Shown one piece after another: positions 1 through 10,212 of a stretch of 64,000 bases of DNA. A program made the translations under genes and the position numbers. Origin of the DNA: a virus (Duplodnaviria; Caudoviricetes); IMG/VR virus record IMGVR_UViG_3300027212_000006, positions 1 to 64,000 of that record; one strand, given 5' to 3'. Under the pieces are notes generated by a model that saw only the letters and a program-made list of their open reading frames with translations, made no database searches and had not been told where the DNA came from. Each line of letters begins with the position of its first letter. Position 1 is the first letter of the stretch.

Positions 1-263
1 GATGTTGCCAATTGATTATGGGTAAATCCAATGCTACTAGTGTATGCTGTAAAAGTGGCAGGATTAGCGTAAGAATAGCCAAAAAAACCTATACCAAAAA
101 CTCTATCTAAAGAACTTTCATCAAAAGCATCGTTGTCAGACCCATTTGTATAAAAGCATATTCCACATTTCGGAATGCCAAATCCAATTGGGGTTTGAAT
201 ATCAAAATTATAACTTCCTGATGCTTTTGGCTCCATCCTTTTTCTTACAATACATGTTTTCAT
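1..263 (-). CDS. Hypothetical (probable virion-associated) protein, 3' end outside window
   Basis: ATG at 263-261, 3 nt after the stop of 267..1382; I translated it open to the window edge (MKTCIVRKRMEPKASGSYNFDIQTPIGFGIPK...). Not in the ORF track. Confidence 0.7.
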   Translation of the reverse strand, partial: MKTCIVRKRMEPKASGSYNFDIQTPIGFGIPKCGICFYTNGSDNDAFDESSLDRVFGIGFFGYSYANPATFTAYTSSIGFTHNQLAT

Positions 264-266
264 ATT

Positions 267-1382
267 TTAATATTCTTCTAAAAGACATTGGATTATAAAA
301 TTAGCATGAGCAGAATCAACAGCAGTATAGTTAACTCTTATTCTGTCACCAGTTGCAGCAGTGCCATGACCTGCAGCAAAAGTTATCCATGAAGTTTCTC
401 CAATTCCACCTATAATTGAAAGATCTGCAGACATTACATTAGTGGTACTTCCAACAGCGGATAAATTAAAACCTGAAGTACTTGTATGAGGCCCTACGCT
501 TTTTTCTAACCTTATAGTGCTTGTACCAGATGATGTAACGCCTACTCCTAAAATAACTTCTCTTATATTATAATTTGTATTAGCTAAGTTTTTGCCTTCT
601 GGTACTCTCAGAACATTGTAATCAGTGCCAATACCAACAGGCGTAAAACCAGATGCTAAAGTTAATACAACAGGCCTATTGTTATTGACAGTGATTGAAC
701 CGCTTCCGTTTACTACACTAATTCCAACACCAGCAGTTAAATTAGCTTTGGTCAATCCACTTGTAGAGCTATTACCGATTAATAATTGTCCATTTGTGTA
801 AGATTGTTGTCCTGTCCCACCATAATAAGCAGTAACAGCATTACCAGCCCAAGTGCCAGATGTAACAATTCCGTCTTTGTCTATTTTAAAAGTTACCGCT
901 GATCCATCTTTTTTGTATACTAAAGCATCACCAGTTTGTGAACTTGAAAAACCTTTAAGTTGCAATATATTATCAGTTGTTATTTGCGAAGTTACTGTAA
1001 GAATATTTGTGCTCGCAGCATAATCTATTCCAGTAGCGTCTTTTACTGAAGCTCCTGCTGAAGCATAATATGCAATCTTGCCAGAAGAGCCAGAGGCCAC
1101 TGTGCCAGCTCCACCAGCAGATACTGTTCCCCAATAAGGATCTGCACCTGGTCCGGCAGTTAAAAGTGCTTGTCCAGAAGTGCCTGCAGTAAGTTTATTT
1201 AATTGTTTACTGGAATCACCATAAAGAACATCTCCATGGGCATATGTTGTAAACCCAGTGCCACCTCTAGAAACAGGTAAAACAGGTGTTACTACCCATG
1301 AAGAGCCATTCCATATATATGTTGTCCCATTGGGTGCTATATAAGTTTGCTCTATTGATGAATCTGGAAAATTTAAGGCCAT
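267..1382 (-). CDS. Tail-fibre-like virion protein
   Basis: G/S/T-rich; N-terminus MALNFP...TYIAPNGTTYIWNGSSW; xxGGTG fibre motifs (VSRGGTG, YYGGTG); N- and C-terminal modules shared with 2094..6332. Confidence 0.75.
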   Translation of the reverse strand: MALNFPDSSIEQTYIAPNGTTYIWNGSSWVVTPVLPVSRGGTGFTTYAHGDVLYGDSSKQLNKLTAGTSGQALLTAGPGADPYWGTVSAGGAGTVASGSSGKIAYYASAGASVKDATGIDYAASTNILTVTSQITTDNILQLKGFSSSQTGDALVYKKDGSAVTFKIDKDGIVTSGTWAGNAVTAYYGGTGQQSYTNGQLLIGNSSTSGLTKANLTAGVGISVVNGSGSITVNNNRPVVLTLASGFTPVGIGTDYNVLRVPEGKNLANTNYNIREVILGVGVTSSGTSTIRLEKSVGPHTSTSGFNLSAVGSTTNVMSADLSIIGGIGETSWITFAAGHGTAATGDRIRVNYTAVDSAHANFIIQCLLEEY

Positions 1383-1472
1383 AAATTGTTACCTATTTAC
1401 GAATAATATAAGGTATATATACTACTTAACTTGTACATATAACCTAGATACCTAATTAATTGGAGTAACAAA

Positions 1473-2033
1473 ATGCCTTCAGGTAACCTTACATCAAATT
1501 TTTCCTCAGCTACTCAAATATCTAGTGGAGATGCATCTTGGTCAAACACAGGAAACGCTACAGTTGACGATGGAGCTGTAGCATATGTTAATATTGTATA
1601 TCCAACATATACTATATCAAATTATCTTAAAGTAACTGATAGAATACAAAAAATACCTTCAGGCGCAACTGTAAATGGAATAATTGTAAATATCCAAGTT
1701 GCTTCTATACCACAGGCCTATTTATCTGTTGTTGTATGTAAAGGCGCTACATTATCAAGCGAAGTCACAGAGCAAGTTACATTAAATAACGCTTTCGGCA
1801 ATACTACAGACTTATGGGGATTATCTTGGACTGCAGCTGATGTGAATGCTTCTGATTTTGGTGTTCAAATTAGATTTGATCCTAGTGTTTCTTCTACGGT
1901 AGATGTAAGTGTAGATTATATAGACACTACAATTTATTATACTTACACAGAAACTGGAGATGGTACCGGAAGAACCACGCAAGGAAGAAGGGCAATATTT
2001 ACTTCGCAAACAAACTCGAGAGTAGTTACATAA
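1473..2033 (+). CDS. Putative virion structural / beta-sandwich protein
   Basis: 186 aa, S/T/V-rich, GGAG SD, followed by a terminator; the FGxxTDLWGLSWT segment resembles phage virion accessory proteins. Confidence 0.55.
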   Translation: MPSGNLTSNFSSATQISSGDASWSNTGNATVDDGAVAYVNIVYPTYTISNYLKVTDRIQKIPSGATVNGIIVNIQVASIPQAYLSVVVCKGATLSSEVTEQVTLNNAFGNTTDLWGLSWTAADVNASDFGVQIRFDPSVSSTVDVSVDYIDTTIYYTYTETGDGTGRTTQGRRAIFTSQTNSRVVT

Positions 2034-2048
2034 ATATCATTCAATTAT

Positions 2049-2086
2049 AACAAAAAAGGCCCAGAGAAATCTGGGCCTTTTTTGTT
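2049..2086. terminator. Bidirectional intrinsic terminator
   Basis: AACAAAAAAGGCCCAGA-GAAA-TCTGGGCCTTTTTTGTT, perfect stem with A/T tails between convergent genes. Confidence 0.92.
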
Positions 2087-2093
2087 AATTAAT

Positions 2094-5000
2094 TTATTGT
2101 TCTTCTATCATTAAAGATACAGCCAATGTTGCTGCACCATTTAAGGCAGTGAAGTTGAGTCTTAAATAATCTCCTGACATAATAGAAGCTGCTACACCAG
2201 CTGAAGATACAAAACTTGCTCCTGAACCAGAGTTTGTATATGATGTTATATATATACCAGCTCCTGCCTTAAATGAGGATCCAGCTGCCGAGAATATTGT
2301 ATTTGCTGTTGTCCATGACGATGTAGGAGTTCTTGTAGTGTTTCTTTCGATGAAGAAAGAAGCGCCAGCACCTGAAATTGTACCTTCATTTCTTAATTCT
2401 AATCTCTTGATATAATAATATGAAACAGAATTATCAGGTGCAAATGGGATTAAAATTGAAACTGAATCAGAACCTAACGATGGAGTAAATCCAGCGCCAA
2501 AACTCAATAAGTAAGATCTTTTGACTGCGCTTCCACCATTAGAACCTAAGACTGGGAGAGCATCAACCCATTGATTAGTGTTGATGTCTGAGTAATATAC
2601 TTTCAATACACCATAAGTGCTATCCCACCAAAGCTGTCCAGGCTGTGTTGCACCAAAAGCTGTCAAAGCTGCGGGAGCATTTTCACTTATGTATGCTACA
2701 GGAAGAGTACTTGAACCAATTGCTGTCCAAGTATTACCTGTTGCAGATCCAGTAAGGACATTTAATTTACTTACAGTGTCTAAACCAGTACCACCATACA
2801 ACGCAGTAACTGCAGTACCTGTCCATGTACCCTTATGGTTTGCAGTAACCGTTGTCGCACCAATACTACCAGCACTAGCATTTATTGTAATAAACGACGT
2901 AGCCCCTATTGTTGCTGTACCTGAGACGACATCGCTGATAGCTAAAAATGAAGTTCCAGCTCCAGTGAATGTAGATACATTTGTTTTTTGTGATAGACCT
3001 GAATTAGTGGAAGATACAGCCAATCCTGCATTAGTAGATGAAATTGCTAATCCAGCACTAGTAGAAGATACAGCCAATCCGGCATTAGTGGAAGAAACAG
3101 CTAGTCCAGCATTGGTGGAAGAGATTGCTAATCCAGCACTAGTAGATGAAACTGCAAGTCCAGCATTTGTAGAAGAAATTGCTAATCCAGCACTAGTAGA
3201 TGAAACAGCTAATCCAGCATTAGTAGAAGATACAGCTAAACCAGCATTGGTGGCTGTAGTAGCGTTACCTGAGAATGTAGTAGCAGTAATTGTATTCCCA
3301 AGAGCACTTACTCCTGATAAAACATATACTGGAGTATTGCCTATTGAACTACTACTTCTAGAACCAGTGAAGTAGATTGTAGAAGTAGTGTCTCCAACTA
3401 TATTTGTATTTGCAGTATTAGTAGATGAAGCTGCAAAACCAGCATTAGTAGAAGATACAGCTAATCCAGCATTAGTAGAAGAAATTGCTAAACCAGCACT
3501 AGTGGAAGATACAGCTAAGCCAGCATTTGTAGAAGATACAGCTAATCCAGCGTTAGTAGAAGAAATTGCTAAACCAGCACTAGTGGAAGATACAGCTAAG
3601 CCAGCATTTGTAGAAGATACAGCTAAACCAGCATTAGTGGCTGTTGTAGCATTACCGGAGAATGTAGTAGCAGTAATTGTATTCCCAAGAGCACTAACTC
3701 CCGATAAAACATATATTGGAGTATTACCTATTGAGCTGTTACTTCTTGAACCAGTGAAGTAAATTGTAGAAGTAGTGTCTCCAACTATATTTGTATTTGC
3801 AGTATTAGTAGATGAAGCTGCAAAACCAGCATTAGTAGAAGAAACTGCTAACCCAGCGTTAGTAGAAGAAATTGCCAAACCAGCACTAGTAGAAGATACA
3901 GCTAATCCAGCATTGGTAGAAGATACTGCTAAGCCAGCGTTAGTAGAAGATACAGCTAGTCCAGCATTAGTGGAAGATACAGCAAGACCAGCAGTTACAG
4001 AAGATGTAGCTGTACCAGCATTGCCATCTAAATCAGCAACAAGAACACCCTTAGTTCCACTTGTTACAACTTCTCCGCTAATTACAGCATCTGAAAATAA
4101 AGCAAACTTACTTGCAGATTGATCCCATCCAAAGAAGCCAGTTTTGCCAGTACCAGAAACATAATAAAATGCTATGCCACGATCTTTAGAATCAGTGCTG
4201 CTTGGTACTGTTCCACCAATTGCAGTGCCTATCGTAACTATTGGGTCAACCACAGTAGAAACTGTAGAATTAACTGTTGTAGTAGTTCCATTAACTGTAA
4301 GATCTCCAGTTAAAACAAAATTACCGCCAACATTTAAGTTACCTGTTATCCCTGCACCACCAGAAACAATTAAAGCACCTGAAGAAGTGTTAGTAGATTG
4401 AGTATTATTTCCAAGTCTTGTATCTTCAGGCACAACCAAAAGTGTTGCAGTAACAGATATTCCACTGCCAACATACAATAATTGATTTGCAGTAGCAGAG
4501 TCTGCACTAGATAATGCTAAAAAGTTAGTGCCACTTAATCCCTGAGTTCTAATAGTTTCTGATCTAGAAGCAGATACAGCCAAACCAGCATTAGTTGAGG
4601 AGACAGCTAATCCAGCATTAGTAGAAGAAATTGCTAAGCCAGCGCTAGTGGAAGATACAGCTAAACCAGCATTTGTAGAAGATACAGCTAATCCAGCACT
4701 AGTAGATGAAACTGCAAGACCAGCATTTGTAGAAGAAATTGCTAATCCAGCACTAGTAGAAGATACAGCTAATCCAGCATTAGTAGAAGAAACAGCCAAA
4801 CCAGCATTGGTGGCTGTTGTAGCATTACCGGAGAATGTAGTAGCTGTAATTGTATTTCCAAGAGCGCTAACTCCTGATAAAACATATATTGGAGTATTGC
4901 CTATTGAACTGCTGCTTCTAGAACCAGTAAAGAATATTTGACTGGTGGTGTCTCCAACTATATTTGTATTTGCAGTATTGGTAGACGAAGCTGCAAATCC

Positions 5001-6332
5001 AGCATTGGTGGAAGATACAGCTAAGCCAGCATTTGTAGAAGAGATTGCTAAACCAGCACTAGTGGAAGATACAGCTAAGCCAGCATTTGTAGAAGAGATT
5101 GCTAGCCCAGCGCTAGTAGAAGAAACAGCTAGCCCAGCGCTAGTAGAAGAAACAGCTAGCCCAGCATTAGTAGAAGATACAGCTAAACCAGCATTAGTGG
5201 AAGATACAGCTAATCCAGCATTGGTAGCTGTAGTAGCGTTACCAGAGAATGTAGTAGCAGTAATTGTATTTCCAAGAGCACTAACTCCCGATAAAACATA
5301 TACTGGAGTATTACCTATTGAACTACTACTTCTTGAACCAGTGAAGAATATTTGGCTGGTGGTGTCTCCAACTATATTTGTATTTGCAGTATTAGTAGAT
5401 GAAGCTGCAAAACCAGCATTAGTAGAAGATACTGCTAATCCAGCATTGGTAGAAGAAATTGCCAATCCAGCACTAGTAGAAGAAACTGCTAATCCAGCAT
5501 TAGTAGAAGAAATTGCTAAACCAGCACTAGTGGAAGATACAGCTAATCCAGCATTGGTAGAAGATACTGCTAATCCAGCACTAGTGGAAGATACAGCTAA
5601 TCCAGCATTGGTAGAAGATACTGCTAATCCAGCGTTAGTAGAAGAAACAGCTAAACCAACAGTTAATGTAGATTGTCCAACCCAAGTTGGAAAAGCATTT
5701 TGTGCAGTTTGTAATAATACCGAGTTACCAATTGAAGAAGTGGTATTAATTTGAGTGATTGCAGTACCACCGCTATCATAAACTGCCAATTGGTAGGAAA
5801 CAGCAATACCAGATCTATTACCGTTAGTGCCTCCATATGGTAAGCTTATTGCAGTGCCAGACCATGTACCAGAATCAATAACCGATGAAGGCAAGCTTAA
5901 AATTTGGCTTGTTAGAACAATTCTACTACTAGCACTAATATAAGACACGCCACTTCCAGACGTAATACTGTTTAAACCGTTATAATATGCAAACCCACCT
6001 GTAGTTCCGCTTCCAACACTTCCAGTTCCAGAATCATCAATTTTCCAATAAGGAGCTGATCCGCTTCCTTGTGTGGCCAGGACATAATTATTAGTTCCAG
6101 GAGCTAAAGCAGCGAATGATGAGGAAGTATCGGCATAAATAACGCTTCCTACTGACATCCCACTTAAAGCTTTCCCAGTACCTCCGTATACTGTTCCAAG
6201 TACACCAGTAACTTGATCGCTAAGATTTAAATTGTTTGCAGAAATCCAAGATGTGCCATTCCATTCCCATGTGTTACCATTGGCTGTATATGTTTGAAAC
6301 GATAACGGATCTGGAAAATTAAGTAATGCCAT
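2094..6332 (-). CDS. Long repeat-containing tail-fibre-like protein
   Basis: 1412 aa; GGTG motifs, GNLNVGGNFVLTGDLTVNGTTTTVNST shaft segment, GQLWWDSTYGVLKVYY module, about 50 AGLA[VI]SST[NS] repeats. Confidence 0.8.
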   Translation of the reverse strand: MALLNFPDPLSFQTYTANGNTWEWNGTSWISANNLNLSDQVTGVLGTVYGGTGKALSGMSVGSVIYADTSSSFAALAPGTNNYVLATQGSGSAPYWKIDDSGTGSVGSGTTGGFAYYNGLNSITSGSGVSYISASSRIVLTSQILSLPSSVIDSGTWSGTAISLPYGGTNGNRSGIAVSYQLAVYDSGGTAITQINTTSSIGNSVLLQTAQNAFPTWVGQSTLTVGLAVSSTNAGLAVSSTNAGLAVSSTSAGLAVSSTNAGLAVSSTSAGLAISSTNAGLAVSSTSAGLAISSTNAGLAVSSTNAGFAASSTNTANTNIVGDTTSQIFFTGSRSSSSIGNTPVYVLSGVSALGNTITATTFSGNATTATNAGLAVSSTNAGLAVSSTNAGLAVSSTSAGLAVSSTSAGLAISSTNAGLAVSSTSAGLAISSTNAGLAVSSTNAGFAASSTNTANTNIVGDTTSQIFFTGSRSSSSIGNTPIYVLSGVSALGNTITATTFSGNATTATNAGLAVSSTNAGLAVSSTSAGLAISSTNAGLAVSSTSAGLAVSSTNAGLAVSSTSAGLAISSTNAGLAVSSTNAGLAVSASRSETIRTQGLSGTNFLALSSADSATANQLLYVGSGISVTATLLVVPEDTRLGNNTQSTNTSSGALIVSGGAGITGNLNVGGNFVLTGDLTVNGTTTTVNSTVSTVVDPIVTIGTAIGGTVPSSTDSKDRGIAFYYVSGTGKTGFFGWDQSASKFALFSDAVISGEVVTSGTKGVLVADLDGNAGTATSSVTAGLAVSSTNAGLAVSSTNAGLAVSSTNAGLAVSSTSAGLAISSTNAGLAVSSTNAGFAASSTNTANTNIVGDTTSTIYFTGSRSNSSIGNTPIYVLSGVSALGNTITATTFSGNATTATNAGLAVSSTNAGLAVSSTSAGLAISSTNAGLAVSSTNAGLAVSSTSAGLAISSTNAGLAVSSTNAGFAASSTNTANTNIVGDTTSTIYFTGSRSSSSIGNTPVYVLSGVSALGNTITATTFSGNATTATNAGLAVSSTNAGLAVSSTSAGLAISSTNAGLAVSSTSAGLAISSTNAGLAVSSTNAGLAVSSTSAGLAISSTNAGLAVSSTNSGLSQKTNVSTFTGAGTSFLAISDVVSGTATIGATSFITINASAGSIGATTVTANHKGTWTGTAVTALYGGTGLDTVSKLNVLTGSATGNTWTAIGSSTLPVAYISENAPAALTAFGATQPGQLWWDSTYGVLKVYYSDINTNQWVDALPVLGSNGGSAVKRSYLLSFGAGFTPSLGSDSVSILIPFAPDNSVSYYYIKRLELRNEGTISGAGASFFIERNTTRTPTSSWTTANTIFSAAGSSFKAGAGIYITSYTNSGSGASFVSSAGVAASIMSGDYLRLNFTALNGAATLAVSLMIEEQ
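3001..5660 (-). repeat. Intragenic 27-bp (9-aa) tandem repeat blocks interleaved with four ~200-bp module copies
   Basis: Six blocks of 6-9 AGLA[VI]SST[NS] units; four copies of AGFAASSTNTANTNIVGDTTS...TFSGNATTATN at about 3241-3441, 3628-3828, 4801-5001 and 5215-5413. Confidence 0.95.
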
Positions 6333-6466
6333 TTTATCCCCTCATTTTATCTATAAATAAAACACTTTGATATACTATTTTTTATTATGTACATGCTAAA
6401 ATATCCTCTATTTGATTTTGCAATAATAAATTAAAAACTTATAACGAACTTTATATAAAATAATTA

Positions 6467-6721
6467 TTACAATCCGTATCTTTTCTTAATTGAATTGTAA
6501 TTTTGTAATATTTCTTGAGCAGATAAAGCTCGGTTGTACATATTAAACGAAGAAACTTGACACGAAGCATATTGTGATGCATTGGCTTCTGCACCACCAG
6601 CAACCTGTAATGCACCAGTACCAATCGTAGTTGAAGCAACACTAGAAGTTAAGTATAATTCAGTTGCACCAATAGCAGATGTTGATGGTATTGTAAAATT
6701 TCTTTTAATTGCTATAGACAT
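6467..6721 (-). pseudogene. Internally collapsed fibre/LamG-domain gene remnant (84-aa in-frame ORF)
   Basis: Fibre-type start (...GTGALQVAGGA) joined directly to a LamG/concanavalin-like C-terminal tail (YNRALSAQEILQNYNSIKKRYGL); too short to fold a LamG domain. Confidence 0.5.
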
Positions 6722-6724
6722 TTA

Positions 6725-9700
6725 TTAACCTCTTATCGCCGTACACGAAGCAACATATGTAGTAACAGCATTAACTGGTGATACTAATAACTCTAATGAG
6801 CTTCCTGATATTCTTGCATCATATGTTGTTATAGGTATATTACTTGGCCCTAAAACTTGAGAATACTCAGTCATATAGACATTTGAACCATCATGTATCA
6901 ATAATAACTCTTGCGCCTGCAAATCTGAACCTGATATGCATTGAAGAACATATTTAGCTGTTTTAAACTCTGAATATGGTAATGAATGAAGTACTTGGCT
7001 TGATGCTGTTGATGATGTGGTTAAATTAGCTGCAAATAAAGCAGTTAAATCTCTTACTCCAAGCGAAACTGCATTTAATGTGCCTGCAATTCCAGCGCCA
7101 CCAGAAACAACAAGACTACCTGTAGAAGTTGATCCAGATCCTGTTGTATTAGATATAACAACTCGTCCTGTAGATATGACTGTACCAAAACCAGTGATTC
7201 TTAATCTTTCAGTTGACAAATCTACAGTTTCTGAATCTGTGTAAAAAACAAGCTCTCCATTAAGATTTCCACCACCAAGAGGAGAAGTAGTTTCTTCAAC
7301 CATCATGCCAGCAAAACGATTAATGTTTTGCCCTTTTGCTATACCAAAATAAACAACGCCAGTGCTTCCTCCTACTGCAAAATCAGCAGGAACACCACCA
7401 ATATAGTTATTCTTACTTACATAAATATTATTAATAGCATAAAGGTCACTGTCAAAAGTTTTAGCGCCATAAATAGTTTGAGCACCTGAGTCAATTAAAC
7501 CAGTTACTCCATTGCCTGCTAAAGGTATGTTAAATGTATGAGAAGAACCTGTTGAAGAAATATTAAAATTATTTCCTGAGCTTCCAACAGAAAATGTTTG
7601 TTCTAAAACATCAAGCCCATTTAAAGATGTAATACCAGCGCCACCTGAGCCAGAACTTCCACCTATGCCCCATCTTTGAGAAGCATCCACCCATTGAGAA
7701 CTTACAGTACCTGCACCCTGATCGGTATAGTAAACTTTTAATTGCCCCTCTTCACTATGCCACCAAAGGTCTCCGACTGATGGAGCTGATGGTGCAACAT
7801 TAGTAACAGCAACAGAAGCGTTTCCTGTCTGAGAAATCCAAGATAAAATACCTGAACCGTCTGTAGATAAAACTTGATTACTATAGCCATAAGTATCTGG
7901 CAGAGTGAAAGATAAATTGCCAGTTAACCCTGTACCAGCTTGAAAAGAAACATAACTAGTCCCAAGGCCTTCATAAAAATACAGAGGGTTTGCATCTAGT
8001 ATACTTAGTCCATCTTTAAATGACTTCAATCCCCAAAATTCTTGAGCATTTGAAGAAACAAGGCCAGTAACACCACTACCACCAGCTAAAGGAATATTAA
8101 ATGTATGAGATGAGCCTAATGAAGATATATTAAAATCATTTCCAGATGACCCAACTTCAAATGTCTGAAGTAAATCTGTTAATGTATTTAAGCTTGTAAT
8201 TCCACCGCCAGCAGAAGTATTACCGGATCCAAAACCATTACCGCTTGATGCCTCAACCCATAGTGGATTAGTGCCATCAAAATAATAAATATAAAGATTG
8301 CCTTCTTCAGAGTCCCACCACAAAGTTCCGTATCTTGGAGATGCTGGAGGAACAACATCTATAATTACGTCTCCGACAAAAGTCCAGCCTAATCCCGCAG
8401 CTCCATCAGTATATAAAACTTGTAATCCCTGCCCATCATCAGCAGGCAAACTATACAAGACAGAATCAGTGGCTGTAGATTTAAAGCCAGTGTATTCTGA
8501 ATTATCTGAATTATATAATTTAAGTTCAGATTGATTATATAGATTTACACCATCAAAGAATGATTTTAAACCTTTGAAGTTTTGTGTAACTGTGGAAGCC
8601 ATACCAGAAACAAACTCTGATGCATATGGCAAATTGAATGTATGAGAAGATCCAACGGAAACAATGTTAAATGTGTTTCCAGAAAACCCTACTTCAAGAG
8701 TTTGATCTGTAGGCAGCAAACCATTTAAACTAGATATTCCTGAGCCAGAACCAGGAAATGGGTCTCCTCCAGTTCCAGCAAATGTTTCTACCCAGTAATA
8801 TTCAGCACCATCAAAATAATAGATGAATAAAGTGCCATCTGTACTATCGTACCAAAGATCACCGACATATGGACTTACTGGTGGTGTTTCTCCAATTGAT
8901 ACACCCCTGTCAATCCATGTAAGAACTCCACTTCCATCTGTAGCTAAAACTTGACCGCTTGTACCAGTACCGTTAGGAAGTGTGAATGTTGTAGATGCTG
9001 TGGCTGCTGATTTTAATCCACTATAATAAAGATTAGAGTCAGAATATAACCTTAATTCTTTTCCATCTCTAACAAGTAAATTATCATAGAAACTTTTGAC
9101 ACCACCAATTGATTGAGTAGCACCAGTAATTAAACCAGATACGCCTACACCCGCATTTGGAATATTAAATGTGTGGGAAGTACCAGTAGAAGATATATTA
9201 AACTTGACACCAGACTGACCAACTACTAATGTTTGTGCTATGCTATCAAGATTATTTAAAGATATTATTCCAGTTGTGGCTAATCCTGAAACCCAATTTA
9301 AACCAGAATCAGTGGTGTTGTCTGCTGTTAAAAAATAATTGTTTGAGCCCACAGGTAAAACAATTAAAGTTCCGCCCAAGCCGACTAAAACATCACCCTT
9401 TGTATAGCTTATTAAACCTGTGCCACCATAAAGAGTTGTGATAGCATTTCCAGCCCAATCACCAGCAGTAATTGTGCTACCAGTGAGTGAGAAAGAGCTG
9501 TTGTTTAATGTAAGTAAACTGCTTCCGCTATTCCAAGTTAATGAAGAAGAAGAAGTAATATCATTTGCACTGGTGTAAAACGCAATTCCGTCAGTAACAC
9601 CAGTGCCTACACTGCCAGTTCCTGTGCCTCCAGTACCAGCAGTAATTCCAAAGCCGCCAACGTATCTATAACCAGTAATATAGTAAGGCGCTTTTGCTAT

Positions 9701-10210
9701 CGTAGTTGCTGCAGATTGGTACTGACTTGTAAAAATTAAAATACCAGTTTGATAATCAAAATACCAATCTGAAGGATCAGTTTTTGTGATCTGATTTCCA
9801 TCTTTGTCATAGAGCTTAATCTCATATCCTAAAGATGGTGATAAACCTAACTGATCATATTTGTCACTGACCCAATTAAATAATCTACCTGTAGCACCTG
9901 CACCTACTAATTGGTTAGCAAACGCTTCATTACCAGAACCATTAAAAATTGTTGCAAAATATGTAAGACTATCAGAAACAGTAAGGTCTTTAACTAAAGT
10001 AAGACCAGTTCCGCCTGAATAATCGTAATATTGAAGAAGACCAGTAACACCAAAACCTGGTGGGACATCAGGTATTAAGTCAGCTTTTATATCAGTGTTG
10101 TGAATGTCAAGAGATCTTGCACCAATCTCTTCAAACACCTTGTTAGTAGTCCAAGTAACTCTTTTGCTACTTAGCTTCTTAAAGCTGATATCTTCTTTAG
10201 ACCAGGACAT
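6725..10210 (-). CDS. Tail-fibre/virion structural protein
   Basis: 1161 aa; three GxLW[YW]xS...LxxYYxD...WV[ED] modules, four ISSLNxL...FNISSxGSSHTFNIP modules; C-terminal AKYVLQ...QELLLIHDGSNVYMTEY domain typical of myovirus structural proteins. Confidence 0.75.
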   Translation of the reverse strand: MSWSKEDISFKKLSSKRVTWTTNKVFEEIGARSLDIHNTDIKADLIPDVPPGFGVTGLLQYYDYSGGTGLTLVKDLTVSDSLTYFATIFNGSGNEAFANQLVGAGATGRLFNWVSDKYDQLGLSPSLGYEIKLYDKDGNQITKTDPSDWYFDYQTGILIFTSQYQSAATTIAKAPYYITGYRYVGGFGITAGTGGTGTGSVGTGVTDGIAFYTSANDITSSSSLTWNSGSSLLTLNNSSFSLTGSTITAGDWAGNAITTLYGGTGLISYTKGDVLVGLGGTLIVLPVGSNNYFLTADNTTDSGLNWVSGLATTGIISLNNLDSIAQTLVVGQSGVKFNISSTGTSHTFNIPNAGVGVSGLITGATQSIGGVKSFYDNLLVRDGKELRLYSDSNLYYSGLKSAATASTTFTLPNGTGTSGQVLATDGSGVLTWIDRGVSIGETPPVSPYVGDLWYDSTDGTLFIYYFDGAEYYWVETFAGTGGDPFPGSGSGISSLNGLLPTDQTLEVGFSGNTFNIVSVGSSHTFNLPYASEFVSGMASTVTQNFKGLKSFFDGVNLYNQSELKLYNSDNSEYTGFKSTATDSVLYSLPADDGQGLQVLYTDGAAGLGWTFVGDVIIDVVPPASPRYGTLWWDSEEGNLYIYYFDGTNPLWVEASSGNGFGSGNTSAGGGITSLNTLTDLLQTFEVGSSGNDFNISSLGSSHTFNIPLAGGSGVTGLVSSNAQEFWGLKSFKDGLSILDANPLYFYEGLGTSYVSFQAGTGLTGNLSFTLPDTYGYSNQVLSTDGSGILSWISQTGNASVAVTNVAPSAPSVGDLWWHSEEGQLKVYYTDQGAGTVSSQWVDASQRWGIGGSSGSGGAGITSLNGLDVLEQTFSVGSSGNNFNISSTGSSHTFNIPLAGNGVTGLIDSGAQTIYGAKTFDSDLYAINNIYVSKNNYIGGVPADFAVGGSTGVVYFGIAKGQNINRFAGMMVEETTSPLGGGNLNGELVFYTDSETVDLSTERLRITGFGTVISTGRVVISNTTGSGSTSTGSLVVSGGAGIAGTLNAVSLGVRDLTALFAANLTTSSTASSQVLHSLPYSEFKTAKYVLQCISGSDLQAQELLLIHDGSNVYMTEYSQVLGPSNIPITTYDARISGSSLELLVSPVNAVTTYVASCTAIRG

Positions 10211-10212
10211 TT

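Noticed and set aside
3001-5660. Repeat array as a CRISPR array
   Set aside because: Units are contiguous, in frame, vary at wobble positions and have no unique spacers; no cas genes.
2617-5754. Several long plus-strand ORFs (PALVEDTAN repeats)
   Set aside because: Antisense shadows of the repeat fibre gene; the repeat simply lacks stops in that frame and there are no SDs.
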